A DNA stretch of 64,000 nucleotides, from assembly GCA_000999025.1 (NCBI GenBank), contig LCFM01000005.1, forward strand, positions 71,087 through 135,086. Direction: 5' to 3'. The DNA comes from Parcubacteria group bacterium GW2011_GWA2_43_13. GTDB lineage: Bacteria; Patescibacteriota; Patescibacteriia; UBA9629; GWA2-43-13. Positions 1 to 11,529 of this stretch are shown here, piece by piece. The notes under the pieces are model-generated. The model was given only the letters and a program-made list of their open reading frames with translations. It made no database searches and was not told the origin of the DNA. Position 1 is the stretch's first letter. Every line of letters starts with the position of its first letter. Both the position numbers and the translations under genes were made by a program.

Positions 1-1102
1 AGAGGTTCGGGATACGAAATTGGGACCGGAAATGATTACGCGCGATATTCCGAATGTCGGTGAAGAGAAGTTGAAGGACTTGGATGAGGAAGGTGTTATC
101 CGTATTGGCGCAGAACTGGCGTCAGGCGATATTTTAGTCGGCAAAATTACCCCTAAAGGCGAAACGGAATTGTCTGCGGAAGAAAAATTACTTCGCGCTA
201 TTTTTGGAGAAAAAGCAAAAGATGTCAGGGATAGTTCTTTGTACCTTGAGCATGGTGAACATGGGAAAGTGGTGAATATTAAGATTTTTTCTCGCGATAA
301 TGGAGATAAACTTCAGGCCGGAGTGCTGAAAGTCATTCAAGTTTCAGTTGCCTCACTTCGTAAGGTACAGGTGGGCGATAAAATGGCCGGTCGGCATGGA
401 AACAAGGGGGTCATTTCGTGTGTTGTGCCAATTGAAGATATGCCTTTTATGGAAGATGGCACACCTGTTGATATTATTTTGAATCCATTAGGGGTCGCTT
501 CTCGTATGAATTTAGGCCAGATTTTGGAAACGCATTTGGGTCTTGCGGCCTATACGCTTGGGTATAAGGTTGCGACGCCTCCGTTAAACGGGGTACATGA
601 GGAAACTATTAGAGACGAGTTGAAAAAAGCAGGGTTTAGCCCAGATGGAAAGGTGCAGTTATATGATGGGCGTACCGGGATGGCGTTTGATTTTAAAACA
701 ACTGTTGGCATTTCCTATATGCTGAAATTGAATCACTTAGTTGAGGACAAAATTCATCAGCGATCCATTGGTCCCTATTCCATGGTTACTCAACAGCCAT
801 TAGGAGGAAAGGCACAGTTTGGCGGTCAGCGGTTTGGTGAAATGGAGGTATGGGCATTGGAAGCATATGGCGCGGCGCATACATTGCAGGAGATTTTAAC
901 GATAAAATCAGATGATGTTCCTGGAAGATCAAAGGCGTATGAATCTATTATCAAAGGCGAAAAGATTGAAAAACGGAATATCCCTGAATCATTTAATGTG
1001 CTTGTTAGGGAATTGAAAGGGCTTGCTTTAGAAGTCGAGCTTTTGAAAGGCGGAGACAGAATTGAGGTGCCGGAATTAAAAGAAGAAAAAGAAGAAACAT
1101 AA
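1..1102 (+). CDS. rpoB: RNA polymerase beta subunit, 3' part (5' truncated by window)
   Basis: Frame open from base 2 ([10 protein letters not shown]...); motifs [28 protein letters not shown]. Confidence 0.99.
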   Translation, partial: EVRDTKLGPEMITRDIPNVGEEKLKDLDEEGVIRIGAELASGDILVGKITPKGETELSAEEKLLRAIFGEKAKDVRDSSLYLEHGEHGKVVNIKIFSRDNGDKLQAGVLKVIQVSVASLRKVQVGDKMAGRHGNKGVISCVVPIEDMPFMEDGTPVDIILNPLGVASRMNLGQILETHLGLAAYTLGYKVATPPLNGVHEETIRDELKKAGFSPDGKVQLYDGRTGMAFDFKTTVGISYMLKLNHLVEDKIHQRSIGPYSMVTQQPLGGKAQFGGQRFGEMEVWALEAYGAAHTLQEILTIKSDDVPGRSKAYESIIKGEKIEKRNIPESFNVLVRELKGLALEVELLKGGDRIEVPELKEEKEET

Positions 1103-1210
1103 ATTCGGAGCACGAAATTCGAAATAAATTCAAATATATGAAATAGAAAATTTTATTGTTTTTAACTTGTAATTTCGTGTTTCGGATTTCGTGCTTCGAA
1201 TTTCGAATTT
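1101..1210. repeat. Heptamer-built inverted repeat between rpoB and rpoC
   Basis: aaattcggagcacgaaattcgaaa ... tttcggatttcgtgcttcgaattt arms are near reverse complements, with AAATTCG-like periodicity. Confidence 0.8.
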
Positions 1211-1219
1211 AATATATTT

Positions 1220-4200
1220 ATGGCTACACCTTCAACCACCAAGACAACGATTTTCTCTTCTGGCTATGATCGGCCTGCGTTGGATTTTGATGCGATTCGA
1301 TTGCGCATCGCCTCTCCTCGCGATATTTTGGAATGGTCGCGCGGTGAAGTGACCAAACCGGAGACAATCAATTATCGCACGCAAAAACCGGAACGGGAAG
1401 GCCTTTTTTCAGAAGTTATTTTTGGTCCAACGAAGGACTACGAGTGTTATTGTGGCAAATACAAACGTGTGCGGTATAAAGGTATTGTGTGCGATAAATG
1501 CGGAGTGGAAGTAACTCGTTCAGTCGTTCGGCGCGAGCGCATGGGTCATATTGCAATTGCTGCGCCAGTTGCGCATATTTGGTTTGTCAGAGGAGTGCCT
1601 TCTAAAATAGGCATGGTACTTAATCTTTCAATGCAAGAAGTTGAAAAGGTGGTGTATTTTGCCAGTTTTGTGGTAACAAAGGTAGATGAAGCTCTTCGCG
1701 AGCAGACCATGGAATCGTTGAAACAGGAGTTTAAAACAATGAAAAAACAGTATGAGAGTGAAGCGCATGTCGAAATAAACCGATGGCGCGCAAGCCAGCA
1801 GAAAGCGCAAGCAGGAGGCGCTTTGGTGGATGAAAAGGAGCTTGGTGTTCTTGAAAAGAAACATGCTGAACGGCTTGCTGATTTAGAGAAAGCCGTGGAA
1901 ACCGCGCGTAAAGAACTTGAAGGATTGCAAGTGCTTGCCATTTTATCAGAACAGGAATATCAGGATCTTTCTTTAAAGTATGGCCATATTTTTGAAGCAG
2001 GCATTGGCGCGGAAGCGATATATGAGCTTCTTGTGAAAATTGATCTTGAAAAAGAAATTGCTGATCTTGAAAAAGAAATAGGAGATGGCAGTACAGTGAA
2101 ACAGAGAAAATTCATGCGTCGGTTGCGATTAATTTCGAGTTTTAAGAAAAACGGTATTCGTCCTGAATGGATGATTTTAACACATGTGCCGATTATCCCG
2201 CCTGATTTGCGGCCAATGGTTCAGCTTGATGGCGGCCGGTTTGCGACCTCTGATTTAAATGATTTGTATCGTCGGGTGATTAATCGCAATAACCGATTGA
2301 AACGGTTGTTAGAATTGAATGCTCCGGAAGTTATTACGCGCAATGAAAAACGCATGTTGCAAGAAGCGGTGGATTCATTGATTGATAATAATGCACGGCA
2401 TGGCAAGACCGTTACTGCTTCAACCGGACAGCGTCGCGTACTGCGTTCCATTGCAGATTTGTTAAAAGGAAAGCAAGGCCGATTTCGCCAGAATTTACTT
2501 GGAAAACGTATTGATTATTCAGGCCGTTCAGTGATTGTCGTGGGGCCTCGGTTGAAGCTTCATCAGTGTGGGTTGCCTAAGATTATGGCGCTTGAATTGT
2601 TTAAGCCATTTGTTATGAGCAAGCTTATCCAGCGTGGCATTGTTCATAATGTCCGTTCGGCAAACAGATATATTGAAAATGGATCGTCAGAGGTATGGGA
2701 TATTTTGGAAGAAAGTACGAAAAAGGCGTATGTGCTGTTGAATCGCGCTCCAACCTTGCATCGTTTGGGCATTCAGGCGTTTCAGCCCATTTTAATAGAA
2801 GGAAAGGCGATCCAAGTTCATCCGTTGGTATGCCCTGCGTTTAATGCCGATTTTGATGGCGACCAGATGGCGGTTCACGTCCCTCTAACAGAAGAGGCGC
2901 GATGGGAAGCGGCCAATCTTATGCTTTCGGCGAAGAATTTGCTCAAACCGGCGACAGGTGATCCGATTACTACGCCGCAACAGGACTTGGTATGGGGCGC
3001 TCATTACATGACTACTATGATTGCTGATACGCGCGATCATCCTAAGTATTATTTCGGGTCATGGGAAGAAGCGCTTACTGCATATCATCAAAAAATTGTT
3101 CATCTTCAAGAGCGCATATATGTCATGATGGATGGCGAGAAATATGAGACAACGGTTGGCAGGATTATTTTTAACCAAATATTGCCGGAGAAATTGCGAT
3201 ATGTTAACACGCTGTTAGATAAAAAATCATTGCGCAAATTAGTCGGTTCGTGTCTTGAACAGTATGGACTTGAACAGACAGCTGAATTTTTAGATGAACT
3301 CATGCAGTTGGCATTCCGGTATGTGACGGTTTCGGGAATGTCATGGGGGATGGGCGATCTTCCGGTGCTCTCTGAAAAGAAGCAGATGTTAGAGGATGCG
3401 CAAAAGAACGTTGATACTATTCATCAGCAGTATGCGATGGGGTTGTTAACAGTTCAAGAACGGCATGATCGTATTATCGAGGTATGGGCTCATGTGAAAG
3501 ATCGCGTAATGGCTCTTTCGCGCGAATTGTTGGGAAAACAAGATAGAAATCCTGTCTTTTCAATGATTGAATCAGGCGCGCGCGGTTCTTGGGGGCAGAC
3601 AACTCAGATGATGGGAATGAAGGGATTGGTAACTTCTCCGTCAGGAGACACGATTGAATTGCCTGTTACGTCGTCATTTCGAGAAGGGTTTGAAGTGTTG
3701 GAGTACTTTATTTCTACGCATGGCGCGCGGAAAGGATTGACTGATATCGCTCTTCGCACTGCAAATGCTGGATATTTAACTCGTCGGTTAGTTGATGTAT
3801 CACAGGATGTCGTGGTTACTGAAACCGATTGCAAGAGCGATGAAGGCGTGACGTTTGGAAAGGAGGAAACAGAGGAAATTGGAAAGGTATTAGGCGATCG
3901 TGCCATGGGGCGGGTTCTTCTTGAAGATGTAGTGGATGCTGATTCAGGCGAGGTGGTGCTTGAAAAAGGCGCATTGGTTTCACGCGCTGACGCAAAGAAA
4001 ATAGATACCGCTCAAGTGGATCATATTACTGTTCGATCCCTCTTAACCTGCCGCGCAAGACGAGGCGTATGTCAGCAGTGTTATGGATATGATTTGGGGT
4101 ATAACAGATTGGTTGAACAGGGGACAGCGGTGGGGATTATCGCGGCACAGAGTATTGGCGAGCCAGGAACCCAGCTTACGATGCGTACGTTTCATACCGG

Positions 4201-5008
4201 CGGTGTCGCAGGAAAGGATATCACTCAAGGGCTTCCGCGTGTTGAAGAAATATTTGAATGTCGAGCTATTCGAAAAGGGGCTCTGCTTTCCGAAGTGACA
4301 GGGACGGCAAAGGTGACTGAAAAAGACAAACAAAAGATTGTAACTGTTTCTCCTCAAGATAAGAGTGAGCCAATAGAATATGTAGTGCCGTCAGGTTTTT
4401 CCATTTTAGTGAAGGATGGAGAATTAGTGAACGTCGGTGATGCGCTCACTGAAGGCAGTCAGGATCTTCATGAGTTGTATCGTTTGCGAGGCCGTCGGGC
4501 AGTGGAAAAGTATGTTATCCGTGAAATTCAGCAAATATATTCTTCACAGGGCCAGGATTTAAACGATAAGCATCTTGAAATTATTATTCGTCAGCTTTTC
4601 TCCCGTGTTATTATTATGAATGAGGGGGGTACGCGTTTTTCACCGGGATCTGTTATTGATCGAACTGCTGTTGAAGAAGAAAATGTGCGCGTGAAAAAAC
4701 AAGGAGGCAAGGGCGCTACATGTCAGGAACTGTTGATGGGGATGACGAAAGCCGCGCTCGCCACATCATCGTTTTTATCAGCGGCATCGTTTCAAGAGAC
4801 AGCGCGCGTGCTTATTGATGCGGCTATTACCGGCAAAATTGATAACTTGAACGGGTTAAAAGAGAATGTTATTATCGGCAGGTTAATTCCTGCGGGAACC
4901 GGATATAAAAGCGGCCGGCTTGAGCGGGAAGTTTTGAAAGCGTCTGAAATAACGCGACAGCAAAAAGCGAATGAGAGAGCGGAATCAATGGCGCTGATAG
5001 AAGAATAA
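1220..5008 (+). CDS. rpoC: RNA polymerase beta' subunit
   Basis: KPETINYRT, Zn-binding CYCGKY/CDKC, catalytic [16 protein letters not shown]. Confidence 0.99.
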   Translation: MATPSTTKTTIFSSGYDRPALDFDAIRLRIASPRDILEWSRGEVTKPETINYRTQKPEREGLFSEVIFGPTKDYECYCGKYKRVRYKGIVCDKCGVEVTRSVVRRERMGHIAIAAPVAHIWFVRGVPSKIGMVLNLSMQEVEKVVYFASFVVTKVDEALREQTMESLKQEFKTMKKQYESEAHVEINRWRASQQKAQAGGALVDEKELGVLEKKHAERLADLEKAVETARKELEGLQVLAILSEQEYQDLSLKYGHIFEAGIGAEAIYELLVKIDLEKEIADLEKEIGDGSTVKQRKFMRRLRLISSFKKNGIRPEWMILTHVPIIPPDLRPMVQLDGGRFATSDLNDLYRRVINRNNRLKRLLELNAPEVITRNEKRMLQEAVDSLIDNNARHGKTVTASTGQRRVLRSIADLLKGKQGRFRQNLLGKRIDYSGRSVIVVGPRLKLHQCGLPKIMALELFKPFVMSKLIQRGIVHNVRSANRYIENGSSEVWDILEESTKKAYVLLNRAPTLHRLGIQAFQPILIEGKAIQVHPLVCPAFNADFDGDQMAVHVPLTEEARWEAANLMLSAKNLLKPATGDPITTPQQDLVWGAHYMTTMIADTRDHPKYYFGSWEEALTAYHQKIVHLQERIYVMMDGEKYETTVGRIIFNQILPEKLRYVNTLLDKKSLRKLVGSCLEQYGLEQTAEFLDELMQLAFRYVTVSGMSWGMGDLPVLSEKKQMLEDAQKNVDTIHQQYAMGLLTVQERHDRIIEVWAHVKDRVMALSRELLGKQDRNPVFSMIESGARGSWGQTTQMMGMKGLVTSPSGDTIELPVTSSFREGFEVLEYFISTHGARKGLTDIALRTANAGYLTRRLVDVSQDVVVTETDCKSDEGVTFGKEETEEIGKVLGDRAMGRVLLEDVVDADSGEVVLEKGALVSRADAKKIDTAQVDHITVRSLLTCRARRGVCQQCYGYDLGYNRLVEQGTAVGIIAAQSIGEPGTQLTMRTFHTGGVAGKDITQGLPRVEEIFECRAIRKGALLSEVTGTAKVTEKDKQKIVTVSPQDKSEPIEYVVPSGFSILVKDGELVNVGDALTEGSQDLHELYRLRGRRAVEKYVIREIQQIYSSQGQDLNDKHLEIIIRQLFSRVIIMNEGGTRFSPGSVIDRTAVEEENVRVKKQGGKGATCQELLMGMTKAALATSSFLSAASFQETARVLIDAAITGKIDNLNGLKENVIIGRLIPAGTGYKSGRLEREVLKASEITRQQKANERAESMALIEE

Positions 5009-5039
5009 TATCGAATAGCATACTGTCTATTGTATTGTG

Positions 5040-5062
5040 GCCCCCGTAGTACGGGGGCTTTT
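5040..5062 (+). terminator. Intrinsic terminator after rpoC
   Basis: gcccccgt-agt-acgggggc hairpin + tttt. Confidence 0.75.
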
Positions 5063-5123
5063 GGTACCGGAAAAACGATGGACTCTGGAATCATTATACG
5101 ATATACTACTTTCATATTAGTAT

Positions 5124-7298
5124 ATGTCGTCAGATAAAGGGAAAAAGAAATCAGATCAAAAAGAAGAGGATATTTCATGGCTTTCTCAAGAGGCGCGGGC
5201 CTCTATTTGGGCTGTGATACTTTTGGTGATTTCAGTTGTGTTTGCGTTGTCGTTATTGGATGCGGCCGGAACACTGGGAATATGGGTGAAAAGCGCGCTT
5301 GAGGGATTAGTTGGTTGGGCCGCGTGGGTCGTGCCGCTGTTGTTGATTCTTGTGGTGTATTTGGTGATTATTGGCAAGCAGGCGCATCGGCGCACATATC
5401 ACACATGGGGATTATTGCTGGTATTGTTTGCTATTGCCGGATTATTTCATTCAATTATTCCAATGGATCAGGCCTGGCCTGCGATTGATCAGGGCCGTGG
5501 AGGGGGGTATCTTGGGTTTGCTATGAGTTTCCCGTTTCGGCGGTTGATGGGGTCTTTTGCAAGCGCGCTTTTTTTATGTGCGTTGGGAGTGATTGGCGTC
5601 GTGTTGCTGTTTAATACTCCACTGACTTCACTACTGAAGCCGTGGGAGTTTTGGCGGCGATTGAAAAGGGTAAAGCCGCAGTCATCGCTTGGCGAAGGTG
5701 TCCAGTTGATTGATGATAAAAAGCATGGCGAAACAAAGCCATTTTTACAATCAACTCTTCCAACTGATAAAGGATTTTCCAAGCAAAAAATAGGAATGGT
5801 TGATGTGCCGAATCGCATTCGGCTTCCTAAAATTGATATACCATTAGATTTATTAGAGCGGGCGGAAATTCACCCTCAATCAGGTGATATCCGCAAGAAT
5901 TGTGAAATTATAAAAGGCACGCTTGAAACGTTCGGAATTCAGGTCGAGATGGCTGATGTTCATGTTGGGCCTACAGTAACCCAGTATACGCTCAAACCAG
6001 CCGAGGGAGTGAAATTATCTCAAATTACCGCATTGCAAAATGATTTGGCGCTGGCCCTTGCCGCGCTTTCTATTCGCGTTGAAGCGCCAATTCCCGGGAA
6101 AGCGCTGGTGGGCATAGAAATCCCCAATAAAAGCGTTGCTACCGTTCCATTGCGCAATGTACTTGAAAGCAGTGAGTTTGCGCGCAGAAAATCACCGCTT
6201 ACGATTACTATTGGCCAAGATGTTGCCGGAAATGCGTTTGTCGCCGATCTGACAAAAATGCCCCATTTATTGGTTGCCGGAGCAACAGGATCAGGGAAAT
6301 CCGTGTGCATCAATACCGCTTTGATCAGTTTGTTGTATCAGAATTCTCCTGAGGATTTACGTTTGATTCTTGTGGATCCCAAACGCGTTGAACTTACCAT
6401 GTATAATGGTATTCCTCATTTGTTGACTCCTGTGATTGTAGATGTTCAAAAAACAATCAATGCATTAAAGTGGACTGTCTCTGAAATGGAACGCAGATAC
6501 GAAGTATTGGCAGAGAAGGGCAAGCGGAATATTGAGAGCTTTAATCAAGCAGTTTCGTCTGAAGATTCATTGCCCTATATTATTGTTGTGATTGACGAAT
6601 TGGCAGATATTATGGCAGTCGCGGCGCGCGAGGTTGAAGCGATGATTATTCGGCTTGCGCAGATGGCTCGTGCTGTTGGTATTCACCTTGTACTCGCGAC
6701 GCAAAGGCCATCGGTTAATGTTATTACTGGCCTTATTAAGGCGAATATTACAACCCGCGTTGCATTTTCCGTTGCCTCTGGCGTTGATTCTCGTACGATT
6801 ATTGATTCGTCAGGAGCGGAAAAATTACTCGGCCGTGGAGATATGTTATTCATTTCTTCTGAATTGACAAAGCCAAAACGCGCTCAAGGCGCGTATGTTT
6901 CTGAAGAAGAGGTGAAGCGCGTGGTTGATTTTTTGAAACAAAAAGCTCAACCCCAGTATGTTGAAGCAGTGGTTCAAAAACATACCGTGAGTGGTGGGAA
7001 TGGAATGGTTGGCCTGGGAGATGATTATGATGATGTATTATACCAAGAAGCTCGTACTCTTGTGATTGAAACAGGCAAGGCATCGGCGTCACTCTTGCAA
7101 AGACGATTACGCGTAGGATATGCTCGAGCCGCGCGATTATTGGATTTATTAGAAGATCAAGGAGTGGTTGGGCCGCAAGAGGGTGCGCGTCCGCGCGAAG
7201 TTTTTGTGGCATCGCGCGCTTCTGAAGGATTTGACGTTCAGGATGGGCAGGATTTTGACACGCGCGATAAAGAGCGTATAGAAGATGATTATGAATGA
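5124..7298 (+). CDS. ftsK: DNA translocase FtsK/SpoIIIE
   Basis: N-terminal TM segments, PHLLVAGATGSGKS, DELAD, ATQRPS, gamma domain LQRRLRVGYARAARL. Confidence 0.97.
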   Translation: MSSDKGKKKSDQKEEDISWLSQEARASIWAVILLVISVVFALSLLDAAGTLGIWVKSALEGLVGWAAWVVPLLLILVVYLVIIGKQAHRRTYHTWGLLLVLFAIAGLFHSIIPMDQAWPAIDQGRGGGYLGFAMSFPFRRLMGSFASALFLCALGVIGVVLLFNTPLTSLLKPWEFWRRLKRVKPQSSLGEGVQLIDDKKHGETKPFLQSTLPTDKGFSKQKIGMVDVPNRIRLPKIDIPLDLLERAEIHPQSGDIRKNCEIIKGTLETFGIQVEMADVHVGPTVTQYTLKPAEGVKLSQITALQNDLALALAALSIRVEAPIPGKALVGIEIPNKSVATVPLRNVLESSEFARRKSPLTITIGQDVAGNAFVADLTKMPHLLVAGATGSGKSVCINTALISLLYQNSPEDLRLILVDPKRVELTMYNGIPHLLTPVIVDVQKTINALKWTVSEMERRYEVLAEKGKRNIESFNQAVSSEDSLPYIIVVIDELADIMAVAAREVEAMIIRLAQMARAVGIHLVLATQRPSVNVITGLIKANITTRVAFSVASGVDSRTIIDSSGAEKLLGRGDMLFISSELTKPKRAQGAYVSEEEVKRVVDFLKQKAQPQYVEAVVQKHTVSGGNGMVGLGDDYDDVLYQEARTLVIETGKASASLLQRRLRVGYARAARLLDLLEDQGVVGPQEGARPREVFVASRASEGFDVQDGQDFDTRDKERIEDDYE

Positions 7299-8004
7299 TT
7301 TTATTGAAAAGAAAATTGTTACCCAACGGACGATTGGCGAGACACTGAAGAATATTCGAGAAGGGCTGGGGTATTCATTGGATGATATGGCGCGGCGTAC
7401 CAGCATACGCTCTTTTTATTTAGAGGCGATTGAAAGAGGCGCCTATGATGAGATCCCGGGAGAAGTGTATATTAAAAGTTTTTTAAAAGTATACAGCGAG
7501 TCATTGGGATTGAATGCTGATGATATTATGGAACGGTATTCTTATGAATGTGTCGTGTGGGAAGGGTATATAAAAAATAATCAACCTCGCCATCATGCCG
7601 AAGGGTATGGGAAGCGCGCGATGCTCTTTTTAAGCAATCCCAGAACAATCAGGTATGGCGTGATTGGGACTATTGTGCTGATAATGGTTGCATATATTGC
7701 GTATCAATTGTATGCGATTGTTCGCCCTCCGGAACTGAGCGTTGAATCACCTCCTGATACTATAACAGTATCAGAACGCCTTGTTCATGTGAGCGGAAGA
7801 ACTGACCCTTCCGCTCGCGTTACGATAAATGGAGAAGTGGTGTTTTTGAAAGATGATGGGAGTTTTGCAGAAACCGTTGATATTCTGGTCGGAGTGAATG
7901 TGATCCGCATTGAAGCAAGGTTTAAGTATTCTCGCACGCGAGTGGTAGAGCGCCATGTTTTTGCGACTGGAAGCGAGCGCCCGTTGATTGAAAAAATTGA
8001 GTAA
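7285..8004 (+). CDS. RodZ-like HTH membrane protein with C-terminal Ig-like beta domain
   Basis: IGETLKNIREGLGYSLDD...YLEAIERG...YIKSFLKVYSESLGL HTH, single TM, position downstream of ftsK. Confidence 0.8.
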   Translation: MIMNDFIEKKIVTQRTIGETLKNIREGLGYSLDDMARRTSIRSFYLEAIERGAYDEIPGEVYIKSFLKVYSESLGLNADDIMERYSYECVVWEGYIKNNQPRHHAEGYGKRAMLFLSNPRTIRYGVIGTIVLIMVAYIAYQLYAIVRPPELSVESPPDTITVSERLVHVSGRTDPSARVTINGEVVFLKDDGSFAETVDILVGVNVIRIEARFKYSRTRVVERHVFATGSERPLIEKIE

Positions 8005-8092
8005 GGGAGTATGTATTGTATAGTGTATAAGTCATTTGCTACTTTAGAGGGAATTTGGTAATGTTATTCATTGTGTAGTTAAAATAATTTTT

Positions 8093-9115
8093 ATGGCACA
8101 AGAAAAAACACAAGGAGAAGGGGGGAGTGAACGGGTGAAAGCGGCAGAGGCCGCGATTGCGCAAATTAAAGAACGGTTTGGAGAGGGGTCTATCATGCGG
8201 TTTGGCGAAGCAAAGGCCATGGAGGTTGATGTTATTTCAACCGGCTGTCTGTCACTTGATATGGCTTTGGGCGTGGGTGGGATTCCGCACGGAAGAATTA
8301 CAGAAATTTTTGGGCCTGAAGCGTCGGGAAAAACAACACTTGCCCAGCATGTGGTTGCGCAAGCGCAAAAGATGGGGGGAATAGCGGCTTTTGTTGATGC
8401 GGAACACGCGCTTGACCCTGATTACGCACGCAAAATTGGCGTAAATGTTGACGAACTGTTGATTTCACAGCCAGATACCGGCGAGCAGGCGCTTGAAATT
8501 GTTGAGAATTTAGTGCGCTCAAATGCTATTGATATTATTGTGATTGATTCTGTTGCCGCGCTTGTTCCAAAAGCGGAAATTGAAGGTGAGATGGGAGATC
8601 AGCACATGGGTCTGCAGGCGCGGTTGATGAGCCAGGCGTTGCGGAAATTAACCGGCGTTGTTTCTAAAACGCATACTGCTGTTGTATTTATCAATCAAAT
8701 CAGGCATCAAATCGGCGTGTTTTTTGGCAACCCTGAAGTTACGTCTGGCGGACAGGCGTTGAAATTTTATGCTTCAGTGCGCATCGAAGTGCGTAGATCC
8801 GCGCAAATTAAACAAGCAGAAAAAATTATAGGGAATCGGGTAAAGGCAAAGATTGTTAAAAATAAAGTTGCCGCGCCGTTTCAAACAACGGAATTTGATA
8901 TTATGTACAATGAAGGCATCTCCATGTCAGGCGATTTATTAGATACTGGTGTTACTATGGGCGTGGTAACTAAGTCAGGGAATTCATATAGTTATGAACA
9001 AGAAAAATTTGGCGTAGGGAGAGAAACGGCAAAATCATATCTGCGCGAGCATCCTGAATTGATGGAAACGATACGCGCCCAAGTGTGGGAAAAATTTAAA
9101 GCAAGCGCTAAATAG
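8093..9115 (+). CDS. recA: Recombinase RecA
   Basis: [40 protein letters not shown]; no intein. Confidence 0.99.
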   Translation: MAQEKTQGEGGSERVKAAEAAIAQIKERFGEGSIMRFGEAKAMEVDVISTGCLSLDMALGVGGIPHGRITEIFGPEASGKTTLAQHVVAQAQKMGGIAAFVDAEHALDPDYARKIGVNVDELLISQPDTGEQALEIVENLVRSNAIDIIVIDSVAALVPKAEIEGEMGDQHMGLQARLMSQALRKLTGVVSKTHTAVVFINQIRHQIGVFFGNPEVTSGGQALKFYASVRIEVRRSAQIKQAEKIIGNRVKAKIVKNKVAAPFQTTEFDIMYNEGISMSGDLLDTGVTMGVVTKSGNSYSYEQEKFGVGRETAKSYLREHPELMETIRAQVWEKFKASAK

Positions 9116-9150
9116 ATGAGATTGCTTTGTAGGGACAGCGCTTTGGGGGA

Positions 9151-9188
9151 TACAAAAAAGAACGCTCATGATAGCGTTCTTTTTTGTA
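9151..9188. terminator. Bidirectional terminator between convergent recA and efp
   Basis: tacaaaaaagaacgct-catgat-agcgttcttttttgta perfect stem with A/T tracts on both sides. Confidence 0.85.
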
Positions 9189-9194
9189 GTGTCT

Positions 9195-9761
9195 TTAGTT
9201 ATTGACGCGTTCAACGTATTCTCTGGTTTCAGTGTTTACGCGTATGGTGTCGCCCGTTTTGACAAAAATAGGCACTTGAATAGTTGCTCCTGTCTCAAGT
9301 GTCGCAGATTTTGTGACTGATCCTTGCGCAGTGTCTCCTTTGACAGCTGGTTCTGTTTGTTCAACGTCAAATTCCATTTTAATGGGAAGTGATATGGCAA
9401 CTGATTTCCCTTCAAATATGAGGACATCAACACATGCACCTTCTTTTAAGAAATCCAATTGATCTTTGACCTGTTCAATAGGGAGCGAGAATTGTTCGTA
9501 CGAATCATGCTCCATAAAATATGCGTTGTGATCATCTTTATAAAGATAATCAGCTTTTGCTCGAGCAAGGTCTGCTGAATCTATCTTATCGTTTCCTTTA
9601 AATGACAGTTCCAATACTGTTTGTGAAATAAGACCGCGTACTTTGACGCGTACCGTGGCCCCGCCACGTCCCATGTGGCTGTGCGAATACGAGAGTACTT
9701 GGAACGGTTCGTTGGAATGTTTTAAAACAGTTCCTTTTTTGAGATCAGAAATAGAAAGCAT
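9195..9761 (-). CDS. efp: Elongation factor P
   Basis: HMGRGGA loop, KGDTAQG, VPIFVKTGD, YVERV; start set to ATG 9761. Confidence 0.95.
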   Translation of the reverse strand: MLSISDLKKGTVLKHSNEPFQVLSYSHSHMGRGGATVRVKVRGLISQTVLELSFKGNDKIDSADLARAKADYLYKDDHNAYFMEHDSYEQFSLPIEQVKDQLDFLKEGACVDVLIFEGKSVAISLPIKMEFDVEQTEPAVKGDTAQGSVTKSATLETGATIQVPIFVKTGDTIRVNTETREYVERVNN

Positions 9762-9809
9762 AAGATATAACAAAAACTACAAACTACCCCCTACAACCTA
9801 CAAAGTTAC

Positions 9810-10034
9810 TTACTGTCTGACAAACGGAAGTAAGGCCATGACGCGTGCGCGTTTAATGGCTGTTGCAAGTTTTCTCTGCATTTTAGGCGAGGTGCCGGTA
9901 TATTTGCGTGGCATAATTTTGCCGTAATACGAGATGAACTGTTTTAACAGATCAACATCTTTGTAGTCAATGTCGGTGATATTATTCGCGGCAAAATAAC
10001 ATTCTTGTTTTTTTTGATTGCGTGGTGATGGCAT
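9810..10034 (-). CDS. rpsR: 30S ribosomal protein S18
   Basis: [26 protein letters not shown]...[13 protein letters not shown]; rpsF-ssb-rpsR order. Confidence 0.97.
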   Translation of the reverse strand: MPSPRNQKKQECYFAANNITDIDYKDVDLLKQFISYYGKIMPRKYTGTSPKMQRKLATAIKRARVMALLPFVRQ

Positions 10035-10123
10035 AGATAAAAGATAGATGAACGTAAGAACGGAAGAACATATAACGAAAGCGTACAAACATTCTTTGGT
10101 TCTCCAGTTTTTTGGGTTTACAG

Positions 10124-10567
10124 TTAAAACGGAATATCTTCAACATTAATTTCTTCTTCAGTAACCTGGCCGTCTGATTGTTGTTCTTGAGGAGCAGGTG
10201 GTTGTGGGGGAGCGAATGAGGAAGGAGGTTGCGATCCGGCGCGGTCAAGCATAATCATGTTTTCCGCGATAATTTCAGTGCGATATTGTTTTTTTCCTGT
10301 TGTTTGGTCGTCCCAATTGCGTGTTTCAAGCCGACCTTCAATAAAGATTTTGCTTCCTTTTTTAAGATATTGCTGGCAGATTTCCGCAAGCCGCCGCCAT
10401 GCGACGATGTTATGAAATTCAACTTTTTCCTGGCGCTGACCTTGCTGGTCTGTCCATGTAAAGTTTGTTGCAATGCCAAAATTTGCAACGGTCTGACCGG
10501 TTGGGGTTGTTCTGACTTCGGGGTCTCGCGTAACATTGCCGATAATCATTGCTTTATTAAGGTCCAT
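10124..10567 (-). CDS. ssb: Single-stranded DNA-binding protein
   Basis: [22 protein letters not shown], acidic tail EDIPF. Confidence 0.98.
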   Translation of the reverse strand: MDLNKAMIIGNVTRDPEVRTTPTGQTVANFGIATNFTWTDQQGQRQEKVEFHNIVAWRRLAEICQQYLKKGSKIFIEGRLETRNWDDQTTGKKQYRTEIIAENMIMLDRAGSQPPSSFAPPQPPAPQEQQSDGQVTEEEINVEDIPF

Positions 10568-10572
10568 AGAGT

Positions 10573-10663
10573 ACACGGATATACGCGGATTGAACCCGGA
10601 TAGACGCGGAATTGTGCGCTCTTACGAGCATCTATCCGCGTGTCGTCCGCGTAAATCTGCGTT
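10573..10663. repeat. ACGCGGA tandem units in inverted arrangement (rpsF-ssb spacer)
   Basis: acacgga/acgcgga/acccgga/acgcgga followed by tccgcgt/tccgcgt/tctgcgt. Confidence 0.8.
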
Positions 10664-11299
10664 TTAAAGAGTATCACTGGTTAAGATTTCATCAAGTTTT
10701 TCATCGAGATCATCGAGTGAGATTTTTGATTTTTTATCTCGTTTCGGTGTTTTTGGTTTCTGTTCTGGTTCTTCAGATGCGTCTGGCGAGTCAGTTGATT
10801 TTTGAGGAGGTTCTTGCTCCGGCTCTTTTGTTTCTGTGTCATGAATATCCTCACGAGATGGAACAGGGATAGGTTCTTGAGTAGTATCTTGGGCAAGAGT
10901 TGGCTGTTCATCATGTGCGACAGGGGCGCGAGGCGTTTCCGTTGTTACTTGTTTTTCTGTGCGTTTGTCAGTGAGAGAATACTGTGGCGCGAGGTCTGTC
11001 ATGCGTGATGGTTGCATCAATACATGTCGCAAGATTGATGTAGTATGAATCAAGGTGGTATTCAACTCATTTATGGCTGATGGATTGGCGTTAAAGTATA
11101 TCAACGTGTAAAATCCATGAGAGTACTGCTTAATTGGATACGCGAGTTTTCTGCGCATCGGCTTATCTTCACGCACAAGCACGCCCTGTTGAGATGTAAT
11201 TAATAAACGGATATGCTCGGCAATGGGATCAATTTCTTGTTCTGAAAGCGATCCGGGAATAAGATACAATAGCTCATAGAGCTTTGTTTCTTCTGTCAT
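10664..11299 (-). CDS. rpsF: 30S ribosomal protein S6 with long acidic low-complexity C-terminal extension
   Basis: YELLYLI...RRKLAYPIKQYSHGFY...ILRH; about 100-aa E/P/T-rich tail ending LDDLDEKLDEIL. Confidence 0.93.
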   Translation of the reverse strand: MTEETKLYELLYLIPGSLSEQEIDPIAEHIRLLITSQQGVLVREDKPMRRKLAYPIKQYSHGFYTLIYFNANPSAINELNTTLIHTTSILRHVLMQPSRMTDLAPQYSLTDKRTEKQVTTETPRAPVAHDEQPTLAQDTTQEPIPVPSREDIHDTETKEPEQEPPQKSTDSPDASEEPEQKPKTPKRDKKSKISLDDLDEKLDEILTSDTL

Positions 11300-11529
11300 A
11301 TACTCTACGCAAAGAAACAACAACGCTGTGGGGTTTCTTTGCACACTACCCCGCGCTGGTCGAAAAAGCGATAGCTTTTCAATTGGTGCGAGGATGGATA
11401 TGACCTTACGTCAGTATCCATATGGATAGTAAAGAATGGCATCACTTTACCATAGGGTTGTGATTTTGGCAAGAGTTTATTGAATAATAAGCCATTTTTA
11501 GGTATACTTAAGGTATCTTTTATGAAAAT

